From Rhodothermales bacterium (GTDB lineage Bacteria; Bacteroidota; Rhodothermia; Rhodothermales; Bin80): 64,000 bases of DNA. Below are positions 1-10,568 of this stretch, piece after piece. The stretch spans positions 24,747-88,746 of the forward strand of contig JAJEDR010000089.1 in assembly GCA_022821385.1 (NCBI GenBank), written 5' to 3'. Under the pieces are notes generated by a model, which saw only the letters and a program-made list of their open reading frames with translations, did no database searches and was not told where the DNA came from. Made by a program: the position numbers and the translations under genes. The stretch's first letter is position 1. Each line of letters begins with the position of its first letter.

Positions 1-1
1 A

Positions 2-460
2 CTGGGTGCAGACAAAAGGGAAATGACCGCAGAAGGATTGAATGCAGTCCTTGAAGCGGGGCGCGCAAAGCGGGGCGCGTACTATGAGCAACGGGTGAGG
101 GGTTTCGACGAAGAACATCGCCAGACCTTTGCGAGCTTGTTTGTTGATCTCCCATTGGGAGGAAGTATTACCGGTAATGCGATTCGGTCGTCTTTAACCC
201 AAGAATATGGCGTTGCGCAGGCCGACAAGCTGTTTCGTCGCGCCGCGAGACAGGGGGCCATAGATGAGCGGCGGGGACGTTATGTTATCCCGGTCCCATC
301 CATGCAGGATTGGTTGGTGTCCAATTATGCGCGGGCCCAGGATAAGGCCGAGGCTTCGCGATTGATTGCGGAGGGTCGAGCGAGGCGTGTCCCCGAGCTG
401 ACCCCGGAGCCATCACGCGATGTACATGAGCCGGGTTCTCGAAGGGATTTTGGGCGCTAG
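2..460 (+). CDS. hypothetical protein, probably the 3' part of a gene starting upstream of the window
   Basis: The frame is open from nt 2, with no stop before the first ATG at 23. Product is Arg/Ala-rich with no motif I can name. Confidence 0.4.
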   Translation: MGADKREMTAEGLNAVLEAGRAKRGAYYEQRVRGFDEEHRQTFASLFVDLPLGGSITGNAIRSSLTQEYGVAQADKLFRRAARQGAIDERRGRYVIPVPSMQDWLVSNYARAQDKAEASRLIAEGRARRVPELTPEPSRDVHEPGSRRDFGR

Positions 461-1142
461 GCGGCCACCTTCGTGGGAAACCCATTGGGCCCTGCTTAAT
501 ATGTATCTGATAATCCCTGCACACTATCCGCTACAGGGATACTTGGCGGCACGTCGGGGGCGCTCCATTGTCGGCCCCGCACCTTGTACGGGTTGCGGCG
601 GTCAGTCCCATCTAAATCCAAAAGTCTTTGCTATCCGCATCGTAATAGCCCACATGGAAGGTCCAGTCGGCCGTAGGATCTCCCGACTGCCCCCAATAGG
701 AATGGGAGCGATAGAATACAAGTTGAAACTAAATCCGCACCTGACGGACAGCGATTCAACCCTACCGTCTGGTTTGCGTTTTTGCCAGGTTAGTCCCTTT
801 TGCGCTCCTGCCCCTGGATTTGAGGTTACCCCGAATAATGATTACACGGTGAATCCAAAAGGACGTTAGGCAGATCTTTCTGCCTATCTCGGAGCCCCGA
901 GCAGCACGAAGTTTTTATTTGATGGTTAAGTGCTAGATCCGCCGATCAAGACATCGGGCAGGCTTTGCTTACCCGTACTGGAATCTCAGACAGGGCACGC
1001 ACAACCATCTCTCATGTAATTACAGCGCGAGTTATAACTCCCAAAACCACCAACAATTAGGTCGGTTAAGCCACGAAGAACAGTGATATGGAAACCTGCA
1101 GGGCTATTATCTGGTTTACCCTTGCTGTCTTTTAACGAGACC

Positions 1143-1607
1143 ATGTTAAAGATTGATTTAACTGCTCCTCAAGGGGGTCAGTTTGAACTTGTTGCTTCGG
1201 ATCTGGATCTGGATCCAGAGGTATTTTCCAAAATTCAGGTGAACCTGGAAGTTAAGCAGTCGGACGATACCCTTCGTGTGATAATAGGGGTCCAGTCGGA
1301 TGCGCTTCTGGAATGTGATCGCACGCTGAAGGAGTTCGTAAAGCCCATCCGTAATACGCATGAGTTGCTCCTTCTGAGGCATGGTCAGGAACCGGATGCG
1401 GACGTTACGACGGAACAAATAGAGTTGGAGCCCCGACAGCGGGTGTTGGATTTGACCAGTATAGCCCGAGATGCGTTAATACTGGCTATTCCCGTCAGGA
1501 AGGTGGCACCGGAGGCTGAGGAATTGCAAATACAAACAATTTTTGGTGCTCCCGCAGAGGAGTCTGACCATCGTTGGTCAGCTTTACTTGCGATGCGAGA
1601 GGAGTAA
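1143..1607 (+). CDS. yceD: YceD/DUF177 family protein (23S rRNA accumulation protein)
   Basis: Sits immediately upstream of rpmF-plsX, the conserved arrangement. Acidic protein with a C-terminal DHRWSALLAMRE resembling the DUF177 DPRWaaL tail. The ATG at 1143 is preferred over the upstream in-frame start at 1083. Confidence 0.7.
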   Translation: MLKIDLTAPQGGQFELVASDLDLDPEVFSKIQVNLEVKQSDDTLRVIIGVQSDALLECDRTLKEFVKPIRNTHELLLLRHGQEPDADVTTEQIELEPRQRVLDLTSIARDALILAIPVRKVAPEAEELQIQTIFGAPAEESDHRWSALLAMREE

Positions 1608-1625
1608 GCTCACAAATATAAGACC

Positions 1626-1817
1626 ATGGCCAATCCCAGAAGAAAAAACTCAAAAGCTCGCACGCGCAAGCGCAGGGCGGTGTACTATGGGGGTCTTGAC
1701 AACCCCACCACGATGGAGTGCGAGCACTGCGCCAGCGTAAAGCTGAGACACCGTATTTGTCCAGGTTGCGGAAACTATCGCGGACGCCAGATTATAGAAC
1801 CGGCAGACGACGTATAG
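1626..1817 (+). CDS. rpmF: 50S ribosomal protein L32
   Basis: MANPRRKNSKARTRKRRA N-terminus, a CxxC...CxxC zinc ribbon, 63 aa. Confidence 0.95.
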   Translation: MANPRRKNSKARTRKRRAVYYGGLDNPTTMECEHCASVKLRHRICPGCGNYRGRQIIEPADDV

Positions 1818-1856
1818 AGGGTTACGTACCAGTCCATGACACTGGATTGAAGATAC

Positions 1857-2858
1857 ATGGCGATTCGGGTAGCAGTCGACGCAATGGGCGGGGATCGTGC
1901 CCCCGCAGTGATTGTTGAGGGGGTTACGCGGGCTGTTGCGATTTCAGAAGGGAAGTTGCAGGTGCAACTCTACGGCCCGGAAGAGGTGATTGGGCCGGTG
2001 CTCAACCTTTGGGGAGCCCCACCCGAAGTCAGTATTGTTCACGCACCCGAGGTCATCGGAATGGGCGACTCCCCGGTTTCGGCTGTTCGTACGAAGCCAC
2101 GATCTTCCATTCATCTGGGGCTCATGAGCCACAAGGAGAGTCGTTCCGACGCATTCCTGAGTGCAGGCAATACCGGAGCCATTGGAGCTGCGTCTCTTTT
2201 TGTGCTGGGACGTCTGCCCGGTGTGTTCCGGCCATCCATTCCAACGCTCTACCCGACTACCAGTGGCGTTTGCACCATTCTGGACGTTGGGTCCAATATG
2301 GACAGCCGACCGGAACATCTGTTGCAGTTTGCCAAAATGGGATCGGCTTATGCAGGGGTTATGATGGATATTGCTCGGCCGCGAATAGGTCTTTTGAGTG
2401 TCGGCGAAGAGCCGGCTAAAGGCAATGAGCTGGTGAGAACTACTCACGAACTATTGGTTAATGCCGTAGATTTGAATTTCATCGGCAACATAGAAGGGCG
2501 AGATATTCTGCACCAGAAAGCAGATGTCGTTGTATGTGATGGATTTGTAGGCAATATCGTCCTCAAGTTGAGTGAGAGCATCAAAACGGCAGTTCCGGAA
2601 ATGGTGTGGCAGGACCTGCAACGGTTGGACCCGGATCCGGGTGTCATCGAAATGCTAAAAAAGGTGTTTTCCGGACTCAAGCGCCGCTTTGATCCTGAGA
2701 ATTATGGAGGCGGGAGTCCATTGCTGGGAGTGGAGGGCGAAGTATTTATTCTGCATGGAGACACGACCGCCGGCGCAGTTGAACAGTGTGTGTTGAAGGC
2801 CGCACAGGCCGCAAGAGTCAACCTTACCAATGCGGTCCGAAAAGCTCTGGTTCCCTGA
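1857..2858 (+). CDS. plsX: phosphate acyltransferase PlsX
   Basis: [17 protein letters not shown]-terminus, 333 aa, position after rpmF. Confidence 0.95.
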   Translation: MAIRVAVDAMGGDRAPAVIVEGVTRAVAISEGKLQVQLYGPEEVIGPVLNLWGAPPEVSIVHAPEVIGMGDSPVSAVRTKPRSSIHLGLMSHKESRSDAFLSAGNTGAIGAASLFVLGRLPGVFRPSIPTLYPTTSGVCTILDVGSNMDSRPEHLLQFAKMGSAYAGVMMDIARPRIGLLSVGEEPAKGNELVRTTHELLVNAVDLNFIGNIEGRDILHQKADVVVCDGFVGNIVLKLSESIKTAVPEMVWQDLQRLDPDPGVIEMLKKVFSGLKRRFDPENYGGGSPLLGVEGEVFILHGDTTAGAVEQCVLKAAQAARVNLTNAVRKALVP

Positions 2859-2874
2859 CAAATCTTCTCCAATC

Positions 2875-3927
2875 ATGAGCCATGTAACACGTGCAGCAGT
2901 CACGGCCGTTGGTCACTATGTGCCAGAGACCCGGTTGACCAATGAGGAACTGAGCCAAATGGTTGACACCAACGACGGGTGGATCAGGTCAAGGACAGGT
3001 ATCGAGGAGCGTCGCATACTCAAGGGCAAGGGTAAAGGCACCTCCTACATGGCAGCCCGTGCTGGGCGGGAGGTATTGCTGAAACGGGGCATTGAACCCG
3101 AAGAGCTTGACGTAATAATTGTTGCTACGGTGACACCGGATATGTCGTTTCCGGCGACAGCCTGCCTGGTTCAGGCCGAGCTCGGCGCGACAGGAGCCTG
3201 GGGGTTTGATTTGTCTGCCGCATGCAGCGGGTTTCTTTTTGCGCTTAATACGGGGGCCGGATTGGTCGAGAGTGGTCGGGCAGCAAAGGTATTGGTAATA
3301 GGTTCGGACAAGATGAGCAGTATCACGGACTACACGGATCGAAAGACATGTGTGCTCTTTGGTGATGGTGCGGCCGGTGTGCTGCTGGAAGCAGACAGCG
3401 AAGGTTATGGTCTGATAGATTCCGAATTGAATGTAGATGGTAGAGGTTGGGAGACGTTATGTATGTTGGGAGGTGGTAGCCTTAACCCGACTACCCACGA
3501 CACAGTGGACCGGAAGATGCACTACCTCCATCAGGATGGACAAGCCGTCTTCAAGGTCGCGGTCAAGGGTATGGCGGACGTAGCCGTAGAAATTATGAAG
3601 CGCAACAACCTCACGGGCGACGATGTTCGGTATTTGGTCCCCCATCAGGCAAATCAGCGCATCATTGGTGCAGTAGCCCGTCGCATGGGGCTTGGACTTG
3701 AGCGTGTGATGCTTAATATCTCAAAGTATGGCAACACAACGGCAGCGACCATCCCTCTGTGTCTGCATGAATGGGAGCACGAGCTCAGAAAAGGAGATCG
3801 GATCGTGATTGCTGCTTTCGGTGGCGGTTTTACCTGGGGTGCAACCTACCTTCGCTGGGCTTACGATGCAGTTCCCAGCCAAAGTACTGATACGGAACGC
3901 CCGGAGTTAGCGCAGCTTGATGCCTGA
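2875..3927 (+). CDS. fabH: 3-oxoacyl-ACP synthase III
   Basis: Active-site context [11 protein letters not shown], plus HQANQRI and GNTTAATIP motifs. The ATG at 2875 is preferred to the upstream in-frame start at 2830, which overlaps plsX. Confidence 0.95.
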   Translation: MSHVTRAAVTAVGHYVPETRLTNEELSQMVDTNDGWIRSRTGIEERRILKGKGKGTSYMAARAGREVLLKRGIEPEELDVIIVATVTPDMSFPATACLVQAELGATGAWGFDLSAACSGFLFALNTGAGLVESGRAAKVLVIGSDKMSSITDYTDRKTCVLFGDGAAGVLLEADSEGYGLIDSELNVDGRGWETLCMLGGGSLNPTTHDTVDRKMHYLHQDGQAVFKVAVKGMADVAVEIMKRNNLTGDDVRYLVPHQANQRIIGAVARRMGLGLERVMLNISKYGNTTAATIPLCLHEWEHELRKGDRIVIAAFGGGFTWGATYLRWAYDAVPSQSTDTERPELAQLDA

Positions 3928-4864
3928 GCAAAAAATCGCTACACTGTTCCCGGGCCAAGGATCACAGGTTGTTGGTATGGGTTCGGACCTGTTTGAAACA
4001 ATCCCTGAGTCTAGGATCGTTTTTGAAACTGCGAACGATGTTCTGGGTTTTTCGCTCACGGATTACTGTTTTGGAAACGGCGGCGAGGATGAAGCACGGG
4101 CGCACGAGAGGTTAACACATACGGCCATCTGCCAGCCGGCACTCTACACACATTCCATAGCGATACTGGCGGCATTGAAGCTGTCTCCAGACCTCGTGGC
4201 GGGGCATAGTGTAGGAGAGTACAGTGCATTGCACGCATGCGGGGCCCTTTCATTTGAAGATGGTCTGCGTCTGGTGCGTCGCAGAGGCGAGCTTATGGCT
4301 ATGGCAGGTCAGGGGCGGCCTGCGGGCATGACCGCCGTTATCGGTTTGTCAGCCGAGGCTGTGGAGTCTATATGTGAAAAGGTCAGTGTCCGTGAAGGTA
4401 TCGTGGTATGTGCGAACTACAATGCACCGGGACAGGTAGTTATTTCTGGCGATAAAGAAGCGTTGCAGCTGGCGGAGCGAGCATTAAAGAGTGCAGGGGC
4501 ACGGAGTCTGATACAATTACCAGTGAGTGGGGCATTTCATTCCCCATTGGTTTCGGCAGCACGGGAGGCGCTGGCCCAGGAGTTGGCCAGTGTGACTCTC
4601 AAGCCCCCGGTGTGTCCGATATATCTTAATGTGACGGCACAACCTGCCCGGGACCCGGAACATATCCGGGCCCGCATGCTTGAGCAGCTTACCAGTCCGG
4701 TAAGGTGGTTTCAGTCACTTCAGAATATGCCGGAGGATATGCATTTTATGGAGGTCGGGCCCGGGCGAGTTCTTACCGGTCTTGTGCGACGCACGCTTGG
4801 GCGAAAGGTAAAAGTTTCTTTCATCGGTACGGCCAAAGCTGTTGCCACGTTTATGGCCGAGTGA
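3920..4864 (+). CDS. fabD: malonyl-CoA:ACP transacylase
   Basis: FPGQGSQ and [10 protein letters not shown] motifs. The ATG at 3920 overlaps the fabH stop by 8 nt. Confidence 0.95.
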   Translation: MPEQKIATLFPGQGSQVVGMGSDLFETIPESRIVFETANDVLGFSLTDYCFGNGGEDEARAHERLTHTAICQPALYTHSIAILAALKLSPDLVAGHSVGEYSALHACGALSFEDGLRLVRRRGELMAMAGQGRPAGMTAVIGLSAEAVESICEKVSVREGIVVCANYNAPGQVVISGDKEALQLAERALKSAGARSLIQLPVSGAFHSPLVSAAREALAQELASVTLKPPVCPIYLNVTAQPARDPEHIRARMLEQLTSPVRWFQSLQNMPEDMHFMEVGPGRVLTGLVRRTLGRKVKVSFIGTAKAVATFMAE

Positions 4865-4879
4865 TCACAGTAACAAGTC

Positions 4880-5608
4880 ATGGAGTTCAAAGAAACCAGA
4901 GTTCTTGTAACCGGCGGGACCCGCGGTATAGGCCGCGGCATTGTTGAGGCGTTTGCAGATCGGGGCGCACGGGTTGCCTTCACCTACCGAAACAGTGTGA
5001 CTGTTGCAGAGGAGCTTGAAGAAGCCACTGGGGGGCTTGCCGTTCAGTGTGACGCCGCAGACTTTGAAGGAGCGGAGCAGGTGGTGGCAAAGATGGTAAA
5101 GGCATGGGGAGGTGTGGATGTTCTGGTTAACAATGCAGGAATCACCCGGGACAACCTTCTTATGCGTATGAGTGAGTCAGACTGGGATGCCGTTATCGGT
5201 GCAAACCTCAAGAGTGTTTTTAATTACAGCAAGGCGGTATATCGGGTCATGATGCGCCAGCGTTATGGACGGATCGTCAATATTTCATCAATTGTTGGAC
5301 TCACAGGAAATCCCGGCCAGGCGAATTATGCTGCGTCCAAGGCGGGGATCGTCGGCATTTCAAAGAGTCTGGCCAAGGAACTTGCCGCACGGGGAGTTAC
5401 CGTGAATGTGGTTGCTCCAGGGTACGTGGAAACAGATATGACGGAGGGGATCAGCGATAAGATGAAAGAAAACCTGCTTCGTACGATCCCCGTTCGTCGA
5501 ACGGCTGTGCCAGAGGAAATTGCAGCTCCGGTATTGTTTTTGGCCTCCAAGGAGGCTGCATACATAACCGGCCAGGTTCTTGCTGTTGACGGCGGTTTAG
5601 CCATGTAG
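4880..5608 (+). CDS. fabG: 3-oxoacyl-ACP reductase
   Basis: SDR motifs TGGTRGIGRGI and NYAASKAG, 242 aa. Confidence 0.95.
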   Translation: MEFKETRVLVTGGTRGIGRGIVEAFADRGARVAFTYRNSVTVAEELEEATGGLAVQCDAADFEGAEQVVAKMVKAWGGVDVLVNNAGITRDNLLMRMSESDWDAVIGANLKSVFNYSKAVYRVMMRQRYGRIVNISSIVGLTGNPGQANYAASKAGIVGISKSLAKELAARGVTVNVVAPGYVETDMTEGISDKMKENLLRTIPVRRTAVPEEIAAPVLFLASKEAAYITGQVLAVDGGLAM

Positions 5609-5611
5609 CTT

Positions 5612-7078
5612 GTGACAAAACCTTTTACTACAAATCTAGATTTCACTTCGCGGGCCCAGGAGGCCGGCAGGGAATCCGCTGCGGAGCGCGTCTTTGATAC
5701 GGTGGATTCAGAGGTTGAGGAGTCGACGGCGGATTCTCTTGGTCAGTCGGCGCGTGCTGCGTTCGAAAAAAGCGATTGGCCTGGACTGATGCCCGTACAG
5801 GCGCGTGCGATTCCGCACATGGCTGAGGGAAAGGATTTGATCGTACAATCACGGACTGGGTCTGGGAAGACGGGGGCATTCCTTTTGCCCATGTTTGACA
5901 GACTGGATCCTTCTGTGCGCGGTGCGCAGGCACTCGTGCTTGCCCCGACGAGAGAGCTGGCAGGACAGATATATAGTGAGTTCAAGCGACTGAATCCATT
6001 TCCAGGGAAACTCAAGGCTGCCCTGGTCTACGGGGGCGTGAGATATCAGCATCAGACGAAAGCGCTCGCGGCGGGATGTCAGGTGGTAATTGGTACGCCA
6101 GGCCGGATTCTGGATCACTTGCAGCGTCGAACGTTCACATTGAATAAGCTACGCCTTTTTATCCTTGATGAGGCTGACGAGATGTTGTCCATGGGTTTCT
6201 ATCCGGCTATGGTGGCATTGAAGTCTTATCTGCCGGGTAAACGGCATACCTGCATGTTCAGTGCAACGATGCCCCCGAAAGTGCGACTGTTGGGGAGGGA
6301 ATTTTTGCAGAATGCCCAGTTTCTAGGGCTCAGTGCTGATGGGATTGGTGTGGTGACGATAGATCACCGTTACTATAAGATCAACAACTCAATGGATCGC
6401 GCACGTGCGCTGGCCGGTCTGATTGAGTTCGAGAATCCGGACTCAGCGATAATTTTCTCAAATACGCGGCGCGAGGTCTCTTTTCTGACGGACTTCCTCC
6501 AAAATTACGGATTCAATGCCACAGCCATCAGTGGAGACTACAGCCAGCGCGCGCGGGAAAAGGCTATGGACCGGTTGCGGGGAGGTCAAATACGTCTTTT
6601 GGTTGCCACGGATGTGGCGGCAAGAGGTATAGATATTTCGGAACTGAGTCATGTGTTTCAGGCTGAGGTGCCGCTTGAGGCACAATTATACGTTCACCGC
6701 ACGGGCAGAACTGCTCGTGCCGGAAAGGCTGGTGTGGCTATTACACTTGCAACGTGGGAAGAAGAGGCCAGACTTAAGGCCATTGCTCATCGATTTGATA
6801 TCAACATGGAAAAAAGAGAATTGCCAAGCTCTGAAGAGATTGTTGCGCGCACTACACAGCGCCTAGCGATCGTTCTTGAAGAACAATTCCGCAACAAGAC
6901 CAATATTGAACGCGAACGACTGGCACGATTTGTTCCGATGGCAAAGACTTTGGCGGAAGAGGAGCCAGAGCTCGTGGCTATGCTTATTGATGAATTGAAC
7001 CAGGGGAGGATGCAACCTGATCAGCAGAACAAGGCACAAAACCGTGACCCAAAAAGGAAGTCACGGCGTCGGAAATAG
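5612..7078 (+). CDS. DEAD-box ATP-dependent RNA helicase
   Basis: SRTGSGKT (motif I), LDEADEML (DEAD), SAT, HRTGRTARAG, and a basic C-terminal tail. GTG start. Confidence 0.9.
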   Translation: MTKPFTTNLDFTSRAQEAGRESAAERVFDTVDSEVEESTADSLGQSARAAFEKSDWPGLMPVQARAIPHMAEGKDLIVQSRTGSGKTGAFLLPMFDRLDPSVRGAQALVLAPTRELAGQIYSEFKRLNPFPGKLKAALVYGGVRYQHQTKALAAGCQVVIGTPGRILDHLQRRTFTLNKLRLFILDEADEMLSMGFYPAMVALKSYLPGKRHTCMFSATMPPKVRLLGREFLQNAQFLGLSADGIGVVTIDHRYYKINNSMDRARALAGLIEFENPDSAIIFSNTRREVSFLTDFLQNYGFNATAISGDYSQRAREKAMDRLRGGQIRLLVATDVAARGIDISELSHVFQAEVPLEAQLYVHRTGRTARAGKAGVAITLATWEEEARLKAIAHRFDINMEKRELPSSEEIVARTTQRLAIVLEEQFRNKTNIERERLARFVPMAKTLAEEEPELVAMLIDELNQGRMQPDQQNKAQNRDPKRKSRRRK

Positions 7079-7712
7079 AGCTACGGAGACCTTCCGCATG
7101 GTTGTTCTCAGCGTGGTCTAGCGGGAATTAAGCTTGGCAGGTTGTCGGATACAGCGGTTCGTTCAAAATAATATTGGCCAAGGGAGATTGAAAATATTGT
7201 TGTCTGCGTTTCCACAAACGAGAGAGCAAAGAATTGAACTCAATCAGGTATGTCACATGTAAGACATATGAGTTCACAAATCTCCCCCGAATTCTTTAGG
7301 GGCTATAGATGTCGGATGGTGAATTGGATCCATGGTGGTCCGGCGCGGTGAATCTAAATATACAGTGGTTATCTAGGTTCTTGATAGTGTATAGTACGGT
7401 CAAGACTGCGACAGGCAACATCTCTTACTTGACGTAACAAGTTTTTCACTTGAACCATGTTAGTTGCCAAACGCATTCCCGCTTTTTGTGCATTGCTGCT
7501 TTTGCTTTCGAATGTCTAACCTTGATCCAACCTAGCGACCATATTCATGATAAGGAAGGGGCAGCGTTTTCGGTTTCAGTTACTTGAAGTACCTGTCCAA
7601 TTGAAGGTGAGGTGGAGTGCTAAGGGGAGACTTGTACGGGGAGCGTGAGTGCCCAGGCTGTTATATGTGATGACAAGACGAAGTTCTGTTTTCTTGACTG
7701 TTGAGTAAAACC

Positions 7713-8786
7713 ATGGTGTACGATTGCATACTAGTGCGTGTGTTCGTGGTACTGGCGTGTGTACTGGCCAGTATGCTGGGTTTGACTGGATGCTCTACTG
7801 AGGATGGGGTGTCACAGGAAAAGTCTCTTATCGCAACCGGCCTTGTGGAAGCCATAGAGGGGGATCGGTTTATGGAGAGTGTTCGGGCCATGCATCAATC
7901 CGGGGACATCTTGTATCTCAGTGGAAAGGGTTACAATCATATTTTTGCTTTGGATGATGATCTAAGAGTCATCCGGACAATTGGCCGCAGCGGTGAGGGA
8001 CCCGGAGAATTTCCTAGAGCGCCGAATAGTTTGTATGCTGAGGGTAATAGGGTTTTCGGTTTTCAATCTGGATCCAAAAACGTTCACGTATTTTCGCTCG
8101 AAGGGGACTATTTAAGATCTTTTAAAGCAGGTCTGAGAGGTGGTCCTTGGTCCCAGGGGATTTCGGTAAACAATCAGGGCGATGTCTACATTGCCAGTGT
8201 ACTTCCGCAGGATCCATACTATTCAATAACAAAATTTGATTCTTCGGGTACGGTTATTAAGACTTTTGGAGAGTTACTTTCGACATCGTACTCCGAGAGG
8301 TTGAATCGTAGACTGAGCGAACGGCGCATCGCCGTGATCAACAATGAATATTTACTGGCAGTGGGCGAACATCTACCAGTTATTGAAAAATATTCGCTTG
8401 ACGGCGAATTAATCCAATCTTCGGATCTATCTGACGCGCCCTATTTTCGGGAACGGCTTAACGATGCAGAAGATCGTTACTCACAAGCAAACGATGACAG
8501 TCGGATCGGCATCGCGATTGTTACTGGTTATATGGCCGTACTTAACTCTAAGCTTTATCTAATACCCATTGAGGGATATCCTGAAGTTGGCACGAATGTG
8601 AATAGACTTTTGGAGATAGACTTGGAATCGCTGAATATTTTGAACGCGTATACTTTGCTGGATCATCAGGGGGGTACGCTGAAGTGGGTGGATGCATTTG
8701 AATTTATTTCGGAGGATGAATTGTTAGTTTTTGAATACACTGACGGTGTGTTTTATCGGTACAAAGACATGGATTTGGATCAGTAG
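7713..8786 (+). CDS. 6-bladed beta-propeller (NHL/TolB-like) lipoprotein, paralogue 1
   Basis: Lipobox MLGLTGC. The GRSGEGPGEF motif is typical of the Bacteroidota 6-bladed beta-propeller family. Visibly AT-richer than flanking genes. Confidence 0.7.
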   Translation: MVYDCILVRVFVVLACVLASMLGLTGCSTEDGVSQEKSLIATGLVEAIEGDRFMESVRAMHQSGDILYLSGKGYNHIFALDDDLRVIRTIGRSGEGPGEFPRAPNSLYAEGNRVFGFQSGSKNVHVFSLEGDYLRSFKAGLRGGPWSQGISVNNQGDVYIASVLPQDPYYSITKFDSSGTVIKTFGELLSTSYSERLNRRLSERRIAVINNEYLLAVGEHLPVIEKYSLDGELIQSSDLSDAPYFRERLNDAEDRYSQANDDSRIGIAIVTGYMAVLNSKLYLIPIEGYPEVGTNVNRLLEIDLESLNILNAYTLLDHQGGTLKWVDAFEFISEDELLVFEYTDGVFYRYKDMDLDQ

Positions 8787-8891
8787 CGATTATGAGCAGA
8801 GCACGAGATAAGCTACACATACTGTTGTTATCAATATTCTTGTGTGTCTGCACTATATATCTTGTTTTTGGGCTTCGAGAGCATCTACAAT

Positions 8892-10073
8892 ATGGCTAAG
8901 CTCCAGGCCCCGTATGGAAACCAATATGCTCCCCGCTTGACTGAGTGTTCATTCGGGCTTCTCCTGGTTTGCATGATCACAGTTTCTTTGATGTCAGCCT
9001 GTACGACGGGTGAAAATGATGGAGCACATGAGGTCATACCCACCAGGTTTGAGTTAAGTGAACTCTTTCGACTGGGTGACGAGCTTGCCGGGGACACGAT
9101 TTTATTCGGTGGGATTGGGGAGCTCGTCAGTGTTGACGGATCAGGCCGAATTTTTATTGGAGAACGGCAATATCCCCAAGTCTATGTCTTTACGGCAGAA
9201 GGAGATCTCATCAAAACTATTGGTCAGGAAGGCAGTGCTCCTGGCGAGTTTCAAAGACTTGCGTCAATCTATACTGGTTTTGCAGACACACTTTATGCTT
9301 TTGATTCTCGTTTAGAGCGTATATCTGTATTTGAACCGGAGGGACTGGAGTTGGCCTATAGTTTTACAGTTTCACAAGATTCGTTAGGGCTGCCTTATTG
9401 GTTGGCCGGGGTCCTCGATACGGGTTTTCTCGTCACATACAGTTGGCCCGTATCGCCTGGAGAGGTATCGATGGACCGACGATTGTATATAATGCGAGTC
9501 GATTGGGAGGGAGAAGTCATTCATCCACCTGTACATGATCTCCCATCTGCCGAGTGGATTGTCTCTCCTCCAGGCGAAGAGCAATTCGCGATTAGAAATC
9601 CTTTCGGACGTGAGCCAGTTCTGCGCATGGATTTAGCAGGTAAGATGTACGCTGGTTGGACGGAGTTTGTTAACATTGATGTCATTTCTCCAAGCGGCGA
9701 AGTAAGTAATACAATCACTTATCCCCTAACGCCCATCCCGCTGCTACGCCAAGAGGTTGAGGACCGTGTCAAAGACAATTCGGACTGGTATAGAAAGGCT
9801 GTACTATCAGCAGATCTGTCGGCAAACAAACCTGCCATTGAAACATTTGTCGTCGACGATCTGGAACGTATCTGGGTAAAAACAACCTCGCCGTCAGTAA
9901 CGGATTCCACGTCTCAGTGGCTAATCCTTGGCAAAGAAAATCAACTCTATGGCCAGATTACGCTTCCCTCAGACACAGATTTGATTACCATTCGGAACGG
10001 CCGAGCCTATGCTGTGGATCATAGTAAGGGAACTATCCTGATTGTGTACCAAGTGAGGGAAGATGGTGCTTAG
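8892..10073 (+). CDS. 6-bladed beta-propeller lipoprotein, paralogue 2
   Basis: Lipobox LMSAC and GQEGSAPGEF motif. Its N- and C-terminal blocks (ELFRLGDE, RNGRAYAV) are shared with the protein at 27719-28897. The start at 8892 (MAKLQ) is chosen over 8844. Confidence 0.7.
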   Translation: MAKLQAPYGNQYAPRLTECSFGLLLVCMITVSLMSACTTGENDGAHEVIPTRFELSELFRLGDELAGDTILFGGIGELVSVDGSGRIFIGERQYPQVYVFTAEGDLIKTIGQEGSAPGEFQRLASIYTGFADTLYAFDSRLERISVFEPEGLELAYSFTVSQDSLGLPYWLAGVLDTGFLVTYSWPVSPGEVSMDRRLYIMRVDWEGEVIHPPVHDLPSAEWIVSPPGEEQFAIRNPFGREPVLRMDLAGKMYAGWTEFVNIDVISPSGEVSNTITYPLTPIPLLRQEVEDRVKDNSDWYRKAVLSADLSANKPAIETFVVDDLERIWVKTTSPSVTDSTSQWLILGKENQLYGQITLPSDTDLITIRNGRAYAVDHSKGTILIVYQVREDGA

Positions 10074-10275
10074 AGCCGGCGAAATAACAGCTCATCCTGA
10101 TTGTGTGCCACTATTGTGAAGCGAGGGGTCTTGGCAATTTCGATTTTATGCCATGGTGGAATATCAGGATTATGCTTCAGATTGAGCTGGTCCGTTTCAC
10201 AGCAGAATCCCGTAGAAGGTATGGTTCCTGTCCTGACGGTACAGTGAACACGGATTGGTGTGTCGGGTAAAGGTG

Positions 10276-10350
10276 TGGGCGGTGAGGGATTTGAACCCCC
10301 GACCTCCTGCTTGTAAGGCAGGCGCTCTAAACCAACTGAGCTAACCGCCC
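10276..10350 (-). tRNA. tRNA-Val (anticodon TAC)
   Basis: Hand-folded cloverleaf: acceptor GGGCGGU/ACCGCCC, anticodon stem CCUGC/GCAGG with loop CUUACAA, T-loop GGUUCAAAUCC. CCA is not encoded. Confidence 0.9.
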
Positions 10351-10352
10351 GG

Positions 10353-10428
10353 TGGAGCGGGAAACGGGAATCGAACCCGCGACCTTCAGCTTGGGAAGCT
10401 GACGCTCTACCGATTGAGCTATTCCCGC
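10353..10428 (-). tRNA. tRNA-Gly (anticodon CCC)
   Basis: Acceptor GCGGGAA/UUCCCGC, anticodon stem UCAGC/GCUGA with loop UUCCCAA, T-loop GGUUCGAUUCC. CCA is encoded. Only 2 nt separate it from tRNA-Val. Confidence 0.9.
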
Positions 10429-10568
10429 AAGAAAACGAAGCAAAACGCACACATAAGACGTAAAAGATAACATCGGGCAGCTAGTATAGCAAAAAACCCT
10501 ATACTAGAAGGCTTCAGCTGAAGCGAAATGCCAGGCATTAAGTTCCACAACTAAAATAGTAGCGCTTC

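Noticed and set aside
420-869. 149-aa + strand ORF, and a 38-codon minus-strand frame (615-728) ending ...DWTFHVGYYDADSKDFWI*, which looks like an outer-membrane protein C-terminus.
   Set aside because: The + ORF has non-protein-like composition. The minus frame has no start codon and is bounded by stops. It may be a gene relic, but there is too little sequence to call.
4880-7078. The fab cluster ends at fabG and is followed by a helicase rather than acpP-fabF.
   Set aside because: The gene-order variation is real, but acpP and fabF are probably elsewhere in the genome. Nothing in the sequence suggests disruption.
7079-10350. Genomic island integrated at the 3' end of tRNA-Val.
   Set aside because: The position and lower GC are suggestive. 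I found no integrase, no mobility gene and no direct repeat of the tRNA 3' end at the distal side; only a 7-nt GGTGAGG match near 7600. It is reported only as a compositional patch.
10070-10450. 126-aa minus-strand ORF in the track.
   Set aside because: It is laid exactly over tRNA-Val and tRNA-Gly, and its peptide is the translation of tRNA sequence. Spurious.
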